64,000 nucleotides of DNA from an uncultured Lachnospiraceae bacterium. GTDB lineage: Bacteria > Bacillota > Clostridia > Lachnospirales > Lachnospiraceae. Below, piece after piece: positions 9,626 to 19,011 of the stretch. The stretch spans positions 7,672-71,671 of the forward strand of contig CANQVH010000010.1 in assembly GCA_947627245.1 (NCBI GenBank). Direction: 5' to 3'. The notes beneath the pieces were generated by a model. The model saw only the letters and a program-made list of their open reading frames with translations. It had not been told where the DNA came from and searched no databases. Positions within the stretch are counted from its first letter, which is position 1. Each line of letters starts with the position of its first letter. The position numbers and the translations under genes were made by a program.

Positions 9626-9656
9626 GACAGCATCAAAAGCAAGGGAGGACCGGTAA

Positions 9657-9770
9657 ATGAAAGGATATTTGACAGGAAACGGCTACATGGGATACGTGGA
9701 GGGCAGGTATATTCTGTTTGCCAGTGAATCGGAGTATTATGATTATCTGGAGAGCAGGAGGGAGGAGTAG
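9657..9770 (+). CDS. Small protein, 37 aa (MKGYLTGNGYMGYVEGRYILFASESEYYDYLESRREE), absent from the ORF track
   Basis: GGGAGG RBS, ATG, aromatic/Gly-rich composition resembling a small Lachnospiraceae protein family (recalled, not searched). Confidence 0.7.
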   Translation: MKGYLTGNGYMGYVEGRYILFASESEYYDYLESRREE

Positions 9771-9918
9771 TGACGTCGGCGCTTGGCTGACCGTTCGATT
9801 TTGACGACAGCGGGTATCCGAACTATTGCGTCAACGGATATCCGGACGGATTTGATTTTTGAGATGCAAACATTTATAATATGATTTGCGGAAAGTCGAC
9901 AGAAAGGATGGCCTGTTT

Positions 9919-10902
9919 ATGGCGGCATTGGATCAGAAGCTTCGCACGCTCTACCTTATGGATATCATGCTGGAGCGCACGGACGACACACATATGCTGA
10001 ACGCTTCGCAGCTTTGCGAAATCCTTGAGCGGGAGTATTCTATCAGCACGGATCGCAGGACGATCTATGCGGAGATGGAGACGCTGACAAGGTACGGGCT
10101 GGACGTGCAGCAGAAGAAAGGAAAGAATCCCGGCTACTACATCGGCGCGCGGGAGTTTGAGCTGCCGGAGCTGAAGCTTTTGGTGGACGCGGTGCAGTCG
10201 TCGAAGTTCATCACGGAGAGCAAGTCGCGCGAGCTGATCAAGAAGCTGGAAAAGCTCTGCTGCCGGACGGACGCTGCGATCCTGTCAAAGCAGGTCTTTA
10301 TCGTGAACCGCCTGAAGGCCGAGAACGAGACCATCTACTATAACGTGGACTACATACACAACGCGATCTATGAGAACAGGGAGATTTCGTTCCAGTACGC
10401 GGAGTGGACGATGCAGAAAAAGTTTCATTTGAAGAAGAACGGCGTCCGCTACGTAGTCAGTCCGTGGGCGCTTACATGGGACGATGAGAACTACTATCTG
10501 GTGGCGTATGACGACGCGGCCGGGCAGATTCGGCACTATCGCGTCGACAAAATGCAGCACACGGAAATTCTGGAGACGGAGCGCAAGGGCGAGGAGCCCT
10601 TCCGGAATTTTGACCTCGCCAAGTTCGCCAAGAAAACATTCGGGATGTACGGCGGACATGACGAGGAAGTGACGCTTGTGTGCGAGAAGCACTTTGCCGG
10701 GATCATGATTGACCGTTTCGGCCATGACGTCTGGCTTGTCCCGACGGATGAGGAGCATTTCCGGATTCGGGTGCTTGTGTCGGTGAGTCCGCAGTTTTTC
10801 GGGTGGCTGACCGGCATCGGACCGGGCGTGAAGATCGAGAGCCCGCAATGCGTCCGTGAAGAATATAAGGGATACCTGCAGGACGTGCTCGAAAATTATT
10901 GA
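9919..10902 (+). CDS. WYL-domain transcriptional regulator (wHTH-WYL-WCX)
   Basis: DRRTIY HTH, ELPELKLLVDAVQSSKFIT, SPWALTWDDENYYL, HYRVDKM, SPQFFGW. Confidence 0.9.
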   Translation: MAALDQKLRTLYLMDIMLERTDDTHMLNASQLCEILEREYSISTDRRTIYAEMETLTRYGLDVQQKKGKNPGYYIGAREFELPELKLLVDAVQSSKFITESKSRELIKKLEKLCCRTDAAILSKQVFIVNRLKAENETIYYNVDYIHNAIYENREISFQYAEWTMQKKFHLKKNGVRYVVSPWALTWDDENYYLVAYDDAAGQIRHYRVDKMQHTEILETERKGEEPFRNFDLAKFAKKTFGMYGGHDEEVTLVCEKHFAGIMIDRFGHDVWLVPTDEEHFRIRVLVSVSPQFFGWLTGIGPGVKIESPQCVREEYKGYLQDVLENY

Positions 10903-10914
10903 GGAGTGTTTGCA

Positions 10915-11898
10915 ATGAAAAAAACGAAGCTGGCGGTCTTGTTTCCCGGGATCGGGTATACGTGCGACAAGCCTCTGCTGTATTACGGCGGCAGGCTTGC
11001 GGCTTTTTGCGGCTATGAGGTGAAGCCGGTTCCCTACGGGAATTTTGAGCCGGGAATAAAAGGAAATCCGAAGAAGATGGAAGAAGCGTTTCGCAGCGCC
11101 TTGGATCAGGCGGAGGAGATCCTGAAGGGCGTCAATCTTGCGGACAGGGAGCTGTTGTTCATTTCGAAAAGCATCGGGACGGCCGTGGCCGCGGCCTATG
11201 CGATTCGGCATGGCCTGCGGGTAAAGAGCGTCTCTTTCACTCCGGTAGAGCAGACCTTTTTGTATGCCCGAGGTGAGGGCATTATGTTTCACGGCACGGC
11301 GGATCCGTGGGCGAGAGATTCTGCGAAGATCCACGAAGGCTGTGAGCGAATCGGACAGCGGCTGTATCTGGTAGACGGAGCAAATCACTCGCTGGAGACG
11401 GGAAATATAGAGACGGATCTCTGCAATCTGCAGACGGTCATGGCGCAGGTAAAGGACTATATCGGGTATCGTTTTTGGGGCTGGGAGAAGGCGGACGTCC
11501 ATCCGGCCTATCCGGAATATGAGGCGGTCAAAGATCCGAGAGCGCTTTATGATATCCTGACCGGCCTCTGGTGTGCGGAGACCTGCGCGCCGCGGATGCG
11601 AGCCGACTGGATGCCGGAGAACAAAACGCTCGGGCAATGTTCGATCACGGCGTTTCTGGCGCAGGACATCTTTGGAGGAAAGGTATACGGAATTCCGATG
11701 CCGGGCGGAAATTTCCATTGCTATAATGTAGTCGGGGACTGTGCGTTCGATCTGACGAGCGAGCAGTTTGGCGGCAGGACTTTGTCCTATCGAAAAAGTA
11801 CGGAACAGCTTCGCGAGGCGCATTTTGCGAAGACGGAGAAGCGGGAGAGGTACGAATATCTGAAAGAGCAGCTCGAAAAAGCGCTGCGCGCAAAGTGA
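10915..11898 (+). CDS. Alpha/beta hydrolase fused to a YunG-like domain
   Basis: FPGIGY, SKSIGT, HGTADP, NHSLE; then W..EN..LGQCSITA...QDIFGG...HCYN...DLTSEQF. Confidence 0.7.
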   Translation: MKKTKLAVLFPGIGYTCDKPLLYYGGRLAAFCGYEVKPVPYGNFEPGIKGNPKKMEEAFRSALDQAEEILKGVNLADRELLFISKSIGTAVAAAYAIRHGLRVKSVSFTPVEQTFLYARGEGIMFHGTADPWARDSAKIHEGCERIGQRLYLVDGANHSLETGNIETDLCNLQTVMAQVKDYIGYRFWGWEKADVHPAYPEYEAVKDPRALYDILTGLWCAETCAPRMRADWMPENKTLGQCSITAFLAQDIFGGKVYGIPMPGGNFHCYNVVGDCAFDLTSEQFGGRTLSYRKSTEQLREAHFAKTEKRERYEYLKEQLEKALRAK

Positions 11899-11921
11899 CC
11901 GGGTCGGGAAGGTGATGAGGG

Positions 11922-13721
11922 ATGTCTGATTTTGACAAGGCAAGGATGAAAGAGTATCTGGAGAAATTCAGAGAAAATTCTGGGAGCGCAAAAATACTGC
12001 GGTACCGGACCGGTCTGGAGAAGCTGGATCAGTATTTGAGCGGAGGGCTTCAGGCCGGACTCACGGTGCTCGGCGCGGTCCCGAGCCTCGGAAAGACGAC
12101 GCTGGCGCTGCAGATCGCAGAGACGATTGCGAAAAGCGGGACGCCGGTCATTTATTATTCTTTGGAGGTGTCTGCAGAGTGGATTTTCATGAAGGCGGTT
12201 AGCAGGCAGATGTTCTTGGACAGTGAGCTGAACGGGCGGGCGTGTCCGTCGGCGAACGAGCTGCGCCGCGTCTGGACGGGGAAGGAAGAAGCGATTCTGT
12301 CCTCGCTCGAAAAGCTGCAGGCGGGCGCGGAGAATCTGTATATCGTCACAAGCAATCAGGGACGGGCGCTGACGGCGCAGTTCATCACAGACGATGTAAA
12401 TGAGTTTATCAAAGAAAAAGGGAAACGGCCGGTTGTCTTTATCGATTATCTGCAGTTGCTTTCTCCGGACGACAAGACCTCCTATCAGGACAACCGCCGG
12501 AGCACGGACGTAGTGATCGAGAAGCTGAGTACGCTTGCCAGAGGTAAAAATCTGCCGGTCTTCCTGATCAGCTCTCTGAGCCGTTCTTCGTACGACACGC
12601 CGGCGCGGATGCAGGACTTTAAGGACAGTGGGTCGATCGAATACTCGGCGGATGTGCTGTTGGAAATGCAGATGTGCGCGGTCCGGGAGGGAAAGAAAAG
12701 CGCGAGAGCCATGAAAAAGTCCATACGTGACGTTGAGCTGGTGATCCTGAAACAGCGTTACGGAGAATGCGGGGAGGACGTTGCGGTTCGCCTGTCCTAC
12801 TATCCCAAATTTAATCTTTTCTTGGACGGTCAGCCAGAGAAAAAGGGACAGGATGAGGACAGAAAACGGCAGCGGTCGTTTTTTATCAATAATTCGCTGG
12901 TGATGAACAGAATCCGGAAGGACGATTACCGCGTCGGCGGAGAGGGAAATACGGATGCGGAGACGCCGACATCTTTCGCAATTTCGGATCATATTGATTC
13001 TTATGACTGCGCGATTCTGGATGCGATCTATACGCTGATACACGAAAATCCGGGGAAGCGGAGCTTTCATGCGAGGGGCGTCTACACGCTTCTTGCCGGA
13101 GAGCCGAAGAGCGTTTCCGGCGACAGCCGTCAGGAAATCGAAAACCGCGTCAGACGCATGGAAAAAATCCGGATCTCGATTGCGCATGAAAAGGATAACA
13201 AAAGAAAGGAATATGCGGGAAGCCTCCTTCCGGTGACACAAAGGGGAGGAGATCAGACCGTATTCTGTTTCCGAAAGGGGGAGGAAATGCCCCTTTATCA
13301 GTATGCCGAGGACTGCAGACATTTCCAGCGCTTCCCGAGGGAGCTGCTGCAGGTGACCGAGGCGGATCCGCGCAAGCCCGATGCGCGCAGGCCGATCAGG
13401 AACGACAAAACGAGAATACAACTGAAGGTATTTCTCATGAATCAGATCGATTTCAGGCGGTATAAGGGATACGAAAATATGAGATATGACGCGATATTCG
13501 CCGGAGTATTCGGGAAGAAGGCGGACGATATCAGGGAACGAGACAGGGACAACTGCATCGAGGCTGAAAAAAGAATCTTGGACTACTATAAGTATGTCGG
13601 TTATCTTGAGGACTACAGGGATTACGGGGAAGGGATTGAGCTTGTCGGAAAGATCCGGGATCCCGAGTCGCTGGAATTTCCGGAAAAGTCCGCTGAGGAC
13701 GCCGCCAACGATAAAAAATGA
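11922..13721 (+). CDS. DnaB-like (SF4) helicase ATPase domain fused to an unknown, possibly Rep-like, C-terminal domain
   Basis: Walker A GAVPSLGKT, Walker B FIDYLQ, KDSGSIEYSAD, ILKQRYG; about 290 extra C-terminal residues. Confidence 0.75.
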   Translation: MSDFDKARMKEYLEKFRENSGSAKILRYRTGLEKLDQYLSGGLQAGLTVLGAVPSLGKTTLALQIAETIAKSGTPVIYYSLEVSAEWIFMKAVSRQMFLDSELNGRACPSANELRRVWTGKEEAILSSLEKLQAGAENLYIVTSNQGRALTAQFITDDVNEFIKEKGKRPVVFIDYLQLLSPDDKTSYQDNRRSTDVVIEKLSTLARGKNLPVFLISSLSRSSYDTPARMQDFKDSGSIEYSADVLLEMQMCAVREGKKSARAMKKSIRDVELVILKQRYGECGEDVAVRLSYYPKFNLFLDGQPEKKGQDEDRKRQRSFFINNSLVMNRIRKDDYRVGGEGNTDAETPTSFAISDHIDSYDCAILDAIYTLIHENPGKRSFHARGVYTLLAGEPKSVSGDSRQEIENRVRRMEKIRISIAHEKDNKRKEYAGSLLPVTQRGGDQTVFCFRKGEEMPLYQYAEDCRHFQRFPRELLQVTEADPRKPDARRPIRNDKTRIQLKVFLMNQIDFRRYKGYENMRYDAIFAGVFGKKADDIRERDRDNCIEAEKRILDYYKYVGYLEDYRDYGEGIELVGKIRDPESLEFPEKSAEDAANDKK

Positions 13722-13834
13722 AAAGAGTATTTTTTTAAGAACATTTGAGAAGTAGACTTTTGGCGCGAGTGTGATATAATGTTTCGGGGAACAAACACCT
13801 GCGGACATGACATCCCCCCAAAATTAAAATAGAT

Positions 13835-15640
13835 ATGGAAGTATCGGTCGTGAACGAAAATAAAAATGATGTTGTTTATAGCTTTGTGAAAGACACCCTG
13901 TTGGACAATTTCCTGAAGCTCGCCAAAGTAAATGTCCTGACCGGGGAATTTGAATTTATGAAGTATGACGCCGTAATGCGTGAGGAAGGATACGAGAGCA
14001 TATCCAGCATATACGAGTATATTGAGAGGCAGGTGGCGGACGGACTGATCCTGTCTGAGTACGTCGGAGAGTATCTGAAATTTGCAAACCCGGAATATGT
14101 GAAGAAGCGGGTCTTCAGCGGGGATCGAAGGATCATACAGAGCTACAAGCGGAAGGTGCATGGCGGGTACATGTGGATCACGTTCGGGATCATCGGACCG
14201 GAGGGTTGCTGCGAGGAGAACCCGTGGGTAGTGTTCTATTGGCGCGAGGCGGACTCGGATACGACAACGATGGTCGACGCGCTGTCTACGCTCTCAGCGA
14301 TCTACCACAAAATACTGAAGATCAATCTGACGACTGATCGTTTTCAGGTCATAAAGGTGAGCGAGTACGAGCGGAAGCATTTCGCAAATCGGCTGACTCG
14401 GATCACGGAGTGGTGGCGTGAGTTTGCCGAGGGCGGTCACGTCCATGAGGAGGATCTGACGGTTTTCCGGGAGTTCACGGATGCCGAACGGCTGAAAAAG
14501 GTGTTCACGGAGGACAGCGTCAGCGCGCAGAGCTGCCGTTACCGCAGGCTCGTGGGAGACAGCTACCGCTGGGCGCAGATGGAGCTGGTGCCGAGCATCG
14601 AGTATGAGCCGGACAATCAGATCCTGATTCTATATATTAAGGATATTCATGACGCGTACCTCAGAGATCTGCGCAACCGTCAGGCGCTGCTCGACGGCTA
14701 TCACAGAGACGCGTTGACAAGGCTGTTCAACCGCCATAAATACAACGAGGATCTGAAGGCGCTGTCCAAGGACGGCGAGGGACATCTCACCTGCATGTAC
14801 GCGGACGTGAACGGGCTTCATGAACTGAACAACCATCTGGGTCACGAAAAAGGCGACGATATGCTGTGCAGCGTGGCGGACACGCTGAAGCGCTTTTTCC
14901 CGGAGGAGACGGTCTACCGGATCGGCGGCGACGAGTTTGTCATGCTGAGCACCAAGCTCTCCAAAGAGACTGTCGAGCACATCATGGTCGAGGTGCGCCG
15001 GGAGCTTCTGCAGGACAACTACGAGATCTCCGTCGGTGTGGAGGACGGTCAATGCGAGCAGAACGCATACAAGATCGTGGGCGCGGCGGAGCTCGCTATG
15101 AGAGAGGACAAGGAGCGCTATTATCGGGAGAACGGCAGAGACCGCAGACGCCGCGTGCTGAACGAGGAGCTGGAGAAGACGCTGGAGGCGAAGAAGTATG
15201 CGGAGCGTTTCCTGAGCGTGATCTCGGACAAATACGCGGGCGTTTACTTTGTGGATCTGCGAAAGGACACCCTGCAGCATATTTACATACCGGAGTATTT
15301 CTTGGAGCTTCTGGAGCAGGCTGACTACTCTTACAGCAGGGCGATGCGGCTGTATATTGACCGTTACGTGAAGGAGGAGTATCAGGCGGGGCTTTTGCAG
15401 ATGCTCGACTATGAGGAGCTGGCAAAGTGCCTGAGCACCGAGGCGCAGGGAGATCTCTCGCTCGTCTATCAGAAGGTGGACGGCAAGTACGTGTCGCTGC
15501 GTATTCTGGAAATGGAGAAATACACGGAGGAGAAATACGAGACGATCTGGATCTTCTCGGAGAAGGTGTTCCAGTCGGATGATCCGATTCAATTATATTC
15601 AGGGAGGAAATTGAGCTATGAAGAAACTGTCAACCGCTAA
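13835..15640 (+). CDS. Diguanylate cyclase (GGDEF) with PAS-like sensory domains
   Basis: DALTRLFNR, DVNGLHELNNHLGHEKGD, YRIGGDEF. Confidence 0.9.
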   Translation: MEVSVVNENKNDVVYSFVKDTLLDNFLKLAKVNVLTGEFEFMKYDAVMREEGYESISSIYEYIERQVADGLILSEYVGEYLKFANPEYVKKRVFSGDRRIIQSYKRKVHGGYMWITFGIIGPEGCCEENPWVVFYWREADSDTTTMVDALSTLSAIYHKILKINLTTDRFQVIKVSEYERKHFANRLTRITEWWREFAEGGHVHEEDLTVFREFTDAERLKKVFTEDSVSAQSCRYRRLVGDSYRWAQMELVPSIEYEPDNQILILYIKDIHDAYLRDLRNRQALLDGYHRDALTRLFNRHKYNEDLKALSKDGEGHLTCMYADVNGLHELNNHLGHEKGDDMLCSVADTLKRFFPEETVYRIGGDEFVMLSTKLSKETVEHIMVEVRRELLQDNYEISVGVEDGQCEQNAYKIVGAAELAMREDKERYYRENGRDRRRRVLNEELEKTLEAKKYAERFLSVISDKYAGVYFVDLRKDTLQHIYIPEYFLELLEQADYSYSRAMRLYIDRYVKEEYQAGLLQMLDYEELAKCLSTEAQGDLSLVYQKVDGKYVSLRILEMEKYTEEKYETIWIFSEKVFQSDDPIQLYSGRKLSYEETVNR

Positions 15641-16970
15641 GATCTGGGCATTTGCGACCGGACAACTCGGCTGGTCTTTGATGTCCGGACTGATCTCGAA
15701 CTGGCTTGTATACTTTTATCAGCCGGACGAGACGGCGATCGGTCAGGGGCAGACCTTGTTTATTCCGCAGGGTCTTGTGATTCTCGGTATTTTCACGGTG
15801 ATCGGGGCGATCACGGCGTTTGGGCGTATTTTCGACGCGGTCACGGATCCGCTGATCGCATCGTGGTCGGATCGCTGCACCTCGCCCAAGGGCAGGCGTA
15901 TGCCGTTTTTGCGTTATGCTTCGTTCCCGCTGTCGATCGCGACGGTGCTCGTCTTCTGGTCTCCGATCAACAAGACGAGCTGGATCAACGCGGCATTTTT
16001 GTTTGTGATGGTGATGACGTACTACCTGTCGATCACGGCGTACTGCACCCCGTACAATGCGTTGATTTCGGAGCTGGGGCATACGCAGCAGGAGAGGCTG
16101 AACATTTCGACGGTCATCTCGTTCACGTATATCGCGGGTACGGCGGTGGCTTACCTCGCGCCGATGATCTGGGGCGCGTTTATCCCGGCGTTCGGCAGAG
16201 TGAACGCGATTCGCGTGACGTTTACCGGTATGGCGGTCATCGCGTTTTGCTGCATGCAGGTGCCGGTCATCGCGATCAAAGAGAAGGAGTACGTGAATAC
16301 GGTGCCGACGCAGGACGGCGCGTTCGGTTCGCTCGTGGCGACGTTTAAGAACGGCGAGTTCCGCAAATTCGTGGCTTCCGATATCCTCTACTGGATCGCG
16401 ATCACGATGTTCCAGACCGGGCTTCCGTTTTTCGTGACGAGCCTTCTGAAGCTGCCGGAGACGATGACGACGATCTACTTCGTGGGGATGACGGCGATTT
16501 CGCTGGTATTCTACATTCCGATCAACAAGCTGACGCCGAAGCTCGGCAAAAAGAAACTGATCACGTTCGCGTTCGTGATCTTCTGCGCGGCGTATTTCTA
16601 CACCGGCTTCCTCGGCAGGATCCCGGGCATCCCGGCGGAAGTGCAGGGCGCGGTGCTGACCGTGGCCGCGGCGCTGCCGATGGCGATCTTCGGGATACTC
16701 CCGCAGGCGGTCGTGGCGGATATCGCGCAGAGCGACGCGAAACAGACCGGCAGCAACCGCGAGGGCATGTTCTACGCGGCGCGCACCTTTGCGTTTAAGA
16801 TGGGACAGAGCGTCTCGATGCTGTTGTTCACGGCGGTGTCCACGGTCGGAGCGGCGGCAGGGACCGGTTATCGCATGACGGCGTTTCTCGCGGCGGCGTT
16901 CTGCGTGCTCGGCGGGATTGTGTTCCTGACCTACAATGAGATCAAGATCAACAAGATCATCAATGAATAA
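15618..16970 (+). CDS. MFS transporter, GPH/MelB-like
   Basis: FDAVTDPLIA..SDR...GRR.PF, PYNALISEL, ADIA..D. Confidence 0.85.
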   Translation: MKKLSTAKIWAFATGQLGWSLMSGLISNWLVYFYQPDETAIGQGQTLFIPQGLVILGIFTVIGAITAFGRIFDAVTDPLIASWSDRCTSPKGRRMPFLRYASFPLSIATVLVFWSPINKTSWINAAFLFVMVMTYYLSITAYCTPYNALISELGHTQQERLNISTVISFTYIAGTAVAYLAPMIWGAFIPAFGRVNAIRVTFTGMAVIAFCCMQVPVIAIKEKEYVNTVPTQDGAFGSLVATFKNGEFRKFVASDILYWIAITMFQTGLPFFVTSLLKLPETMTTIYFVGMTAISLVFYIPINKLTPKLGKKKLITFAFVIFCAAYFYTGFLGRIPGIPAEVQGAVLTVAAALPMAIFGILPQAVVADIAQSDAKQTGSNREGMFYAARTFAFKMGQSVSMLLFTAVSTVGAAAGTGYRMTAFLAAAFCVLGGIVFLTYNEIKINKIINE

Positions 16971-17986
16971 TGAGCGCAAACGCTATGGAAGAAAAAAGTT
17001 TTGTATTGAGTGAAGAGACTTATTTCGAGGAGATGTGGCAGACCGTCCTTCCGTATCTGGCGCAGCGCAAAAAAGAGCTTTGGCTGGAGCGTGAGCCGGG
17101 AAAGCGGCAATACTGCGTCCGCTATCTCGCGGATGAGGCGAAGGGAACCGTAATTGTCTCGCACGGGTTCACCGAGACGGCGGAGAAGTATCAGGAGGCT
17201 GTCTGGTATTTCCTGAAGCACGGGTACAATGTATATGTGCCGGAGCATTGCGGACACGGGCATAGCTACCGTCTGACGGAGGGCGATCTGTCGCTTGTGC
17301 ATGTGGATCATTACGAACGCTATGTCGCGGACCTGCTTGCGGTGGCCGAGAGGGCGGCGAAGGAGCAGAAAGATCTGCCGTTGTTTCTCTACGCCCATTC
17401 GATGGGCGGCGGAGTCGGGGCGGCGGCACTCTCGAGACAGCCGGGATTATTTTCGCGTGCGGTGCTGTCGTCTCCGATGATTCGGCCGCTTACGGCCGGG
17501 GTGCCGTGGTCTGCGGCGAGTCTGCTGGCCGGGATCCTCTGCAGGATTGGACGGTCAAAGCAGTATGTCCCGGGTGGGCATGCGTTTGACGGGCAAGAGA
17601 CGTTTGAGGACAGCGCGTCGACCTGTCGGGAGCGGTTTTCGTTTTATCAGAAGAGGAGAAACGAAGAGCCGCTTTATCAGGTGAGCGTGGCTTCGTGCGG
17701 CTGGCTGCATGAAGCGGCAAGGCTGAACCGCTATCTTCAATCGGAGGGATGGAAGCGTATCGAGACACCGACGCTGATCTTTCAGGCGGAGGATGATACA
17801 TTCGTCAGCGGAAAAGAGCAGGAACGCTTTGCGGAAAAGCTGAATCGAAAAGGAAAGACTTCCGCGAAGCTTGTGCGTATGCCGGGAACGCGGCATGAGA
17901 TCTACAATTCCGCGAGCAGCGTGCTGGAGCGGTATTGGGAGGAGATTTTCGCGTTCTTTTCAGAGAGGACAGATATTCGCGTATAG
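16970..17986 (+). CDS. Alpha/beta hydrolase, lysophospholipase PldB-like
   Basis: SHGFTE, GHGHS, AHSMGG, HEI. Confidence 0.85.
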   Translation: MSANAMEEKSFVLSEETYFEEMWQTVLPYLAQRKKELWLEREPGKRQYCVRYLADEAKGTVIVSHGFTETAEKYQEAVWYFLKHGYNVYVPEHCGHGHSYRLTEGDLSLVHVDHYERYVADLLAVAERAAKEQKDLPLFLYAHSMGGGVGAAALSRQPGLFSRAVLSSPMIRPLTAGVPWSAASLLAGILCRIGRSKQYVPGGHAFDGQETFEDSASTCRERFSFYQKRRNEEPLYQVSVASCGWLHEAARLNRYLQSEGWKRIETPTLIFQAEDDTFVSGKEQERFAEKLNRKGKTSAKLVRMPGTRHEIYNSASSVLERYWEEIFAFFSERTDIRV

Positions 17987-18044
17987 TGAATAACCGGACG
18001 CCCGACAGGCACATCGGCTCCTTGCGGTGTCCGATTGTTCACTA
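17984..18044. repeat. Intergenic 19-bp imperfect inverted repeat (REP-like hairpin)
   Basis: TAGTGAATAACCGGACGCC ... GGTGTCCGATTGTTCACTA. Confidence 0.55.
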
Positions 18045-18076
18045 AACACAGATTCAGGAAATTAGGTGATAGTGCA

Positions 18077-18889
18077 GTGAATATGATTCAAGAGAAATAC
18101 GAGAAGCTTCAGGCGATCCTGAGAGATACGGGCAGCGTGGCGGTCGCCTTCTCGGGCGGCGTGGATTCCACGCTTCTGCTTCGGGCGGCGCACGACGTGC
18201 TGGGGGAGAGGGCTGTCGCAGTGACGGCCCGTTCCTGTTTCTTTCCGGAGAGAGAAGGCAGTGAGGCGGAGATTTTTTGCCGGGAGAACGGAATCCGACA
18301 GATCTGTATCGAGGAGGATATTCTCAGTGTTGACGGGATCCGGAATAATCCGGCGAACCGCTGCTACCTGTGCAAGAGGGCGCTGTTCGGGCGGATCATA
18401 CAGACCGCGAAAGACTGCGGGATCGCGGCGGTCGCGGAAGGCTCCAATATGGACGATACCGGGGATTATCGGCCCGGTAGGAAGGCGGTGCGGGAGCTCG
18501 GGGTGAGAAGCCCCTTGCAGGAGGCCGGGCTTTATAAGGCGGAGATCCGCGAGCTGTCGCGGCAGCTCGGACTTTCGACGTGGGAGAAGCCGTCGTTTGC
18601 GTGCCTTGCCTCACGGTTTGTGTACGGGGAAAGGATCGACGAAGAGCGGCTGCACATGGTGGACCGGGCGGAGGAGCTGTTGCGCGAAATGGGATTTCGC
18701 CAGTTGCGCGTGCGTGTGCATAGCACAATGGCGCGGATTGAGGTTCTGCCGGAGGAGATTGAGCGGATCGCGGAGGAAAGCGTGCGCGGGCAGATTGTGG
18801 AGAAGCTGCGTGCATACGGATTCGACTATGTGACGCTCGATTTGCAGGGTTATCGGACCGGGAGCATGAACGAGACGCTTTCCCTTTGA
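18077..18889 (+). CDS. larE: ATP-dependent sacrificial sulfur transferase LarE family
   Basis: AFSGGVDS PP-loop, NP.NRCYLCK, DYRPG, PSFACLASRF, GYRTGSMN. Confidence 0.85.
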   Translation: MNMIQEKYEKLQAILRDTGSVAVAFSGGVDSTLLLRAAHDVLGERAVAVTARSCFFPEREGSEAEIFCRENGIRQICIEEDILSVDGIRNNPANRCYLCKRALFGRIIQTAKDCGIAAVAEGSNMDDTGDYRPGRKAVRELGVRSPLQEAGLYKAEIRELSRQLGLSTWEKPSFACLASRFVYGERIDEERLHMVDRAEELLREMGFRQLRVRVHSTMARIEVLPEEIERIAEESVRGQIVEKLRAYGFDYVTLDLQGYRTGSMNETLSL

Positions 18890-18938
18890 AACGTATGCCT
18901 GCCGGGTCGAATTCATCAGTTGAAAGATAAACACACAT

Positions 18939-18973
18939 TTCCTATTGACAAAGTAGGAATTAAGCAGTAAGAT
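18939..18973 (+). promoter_or_regulatory. Sigma-A promoter overlapped by an Rrf2 (CymR/IscR)-type palindrome
   Basis: TTCCTA-N9-TAGGAA 18939-18959 covering TTGACA 18945-18950; TAAGAT 17 bp downstream. Confidence 0.65.
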
Positions 18974-19011
18974 TGCATCGTCAGACTGGACGATGAAAGG
19001 AGGGGTCTGAT

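Noticed and set aside
11922-13721. Chromosomal replicative helicase dnaB/dnaC or a prophage
   Set aside because: Lacks the N-terminal domain and the usual rplI context; no phage structural or integrase genes are nearby.
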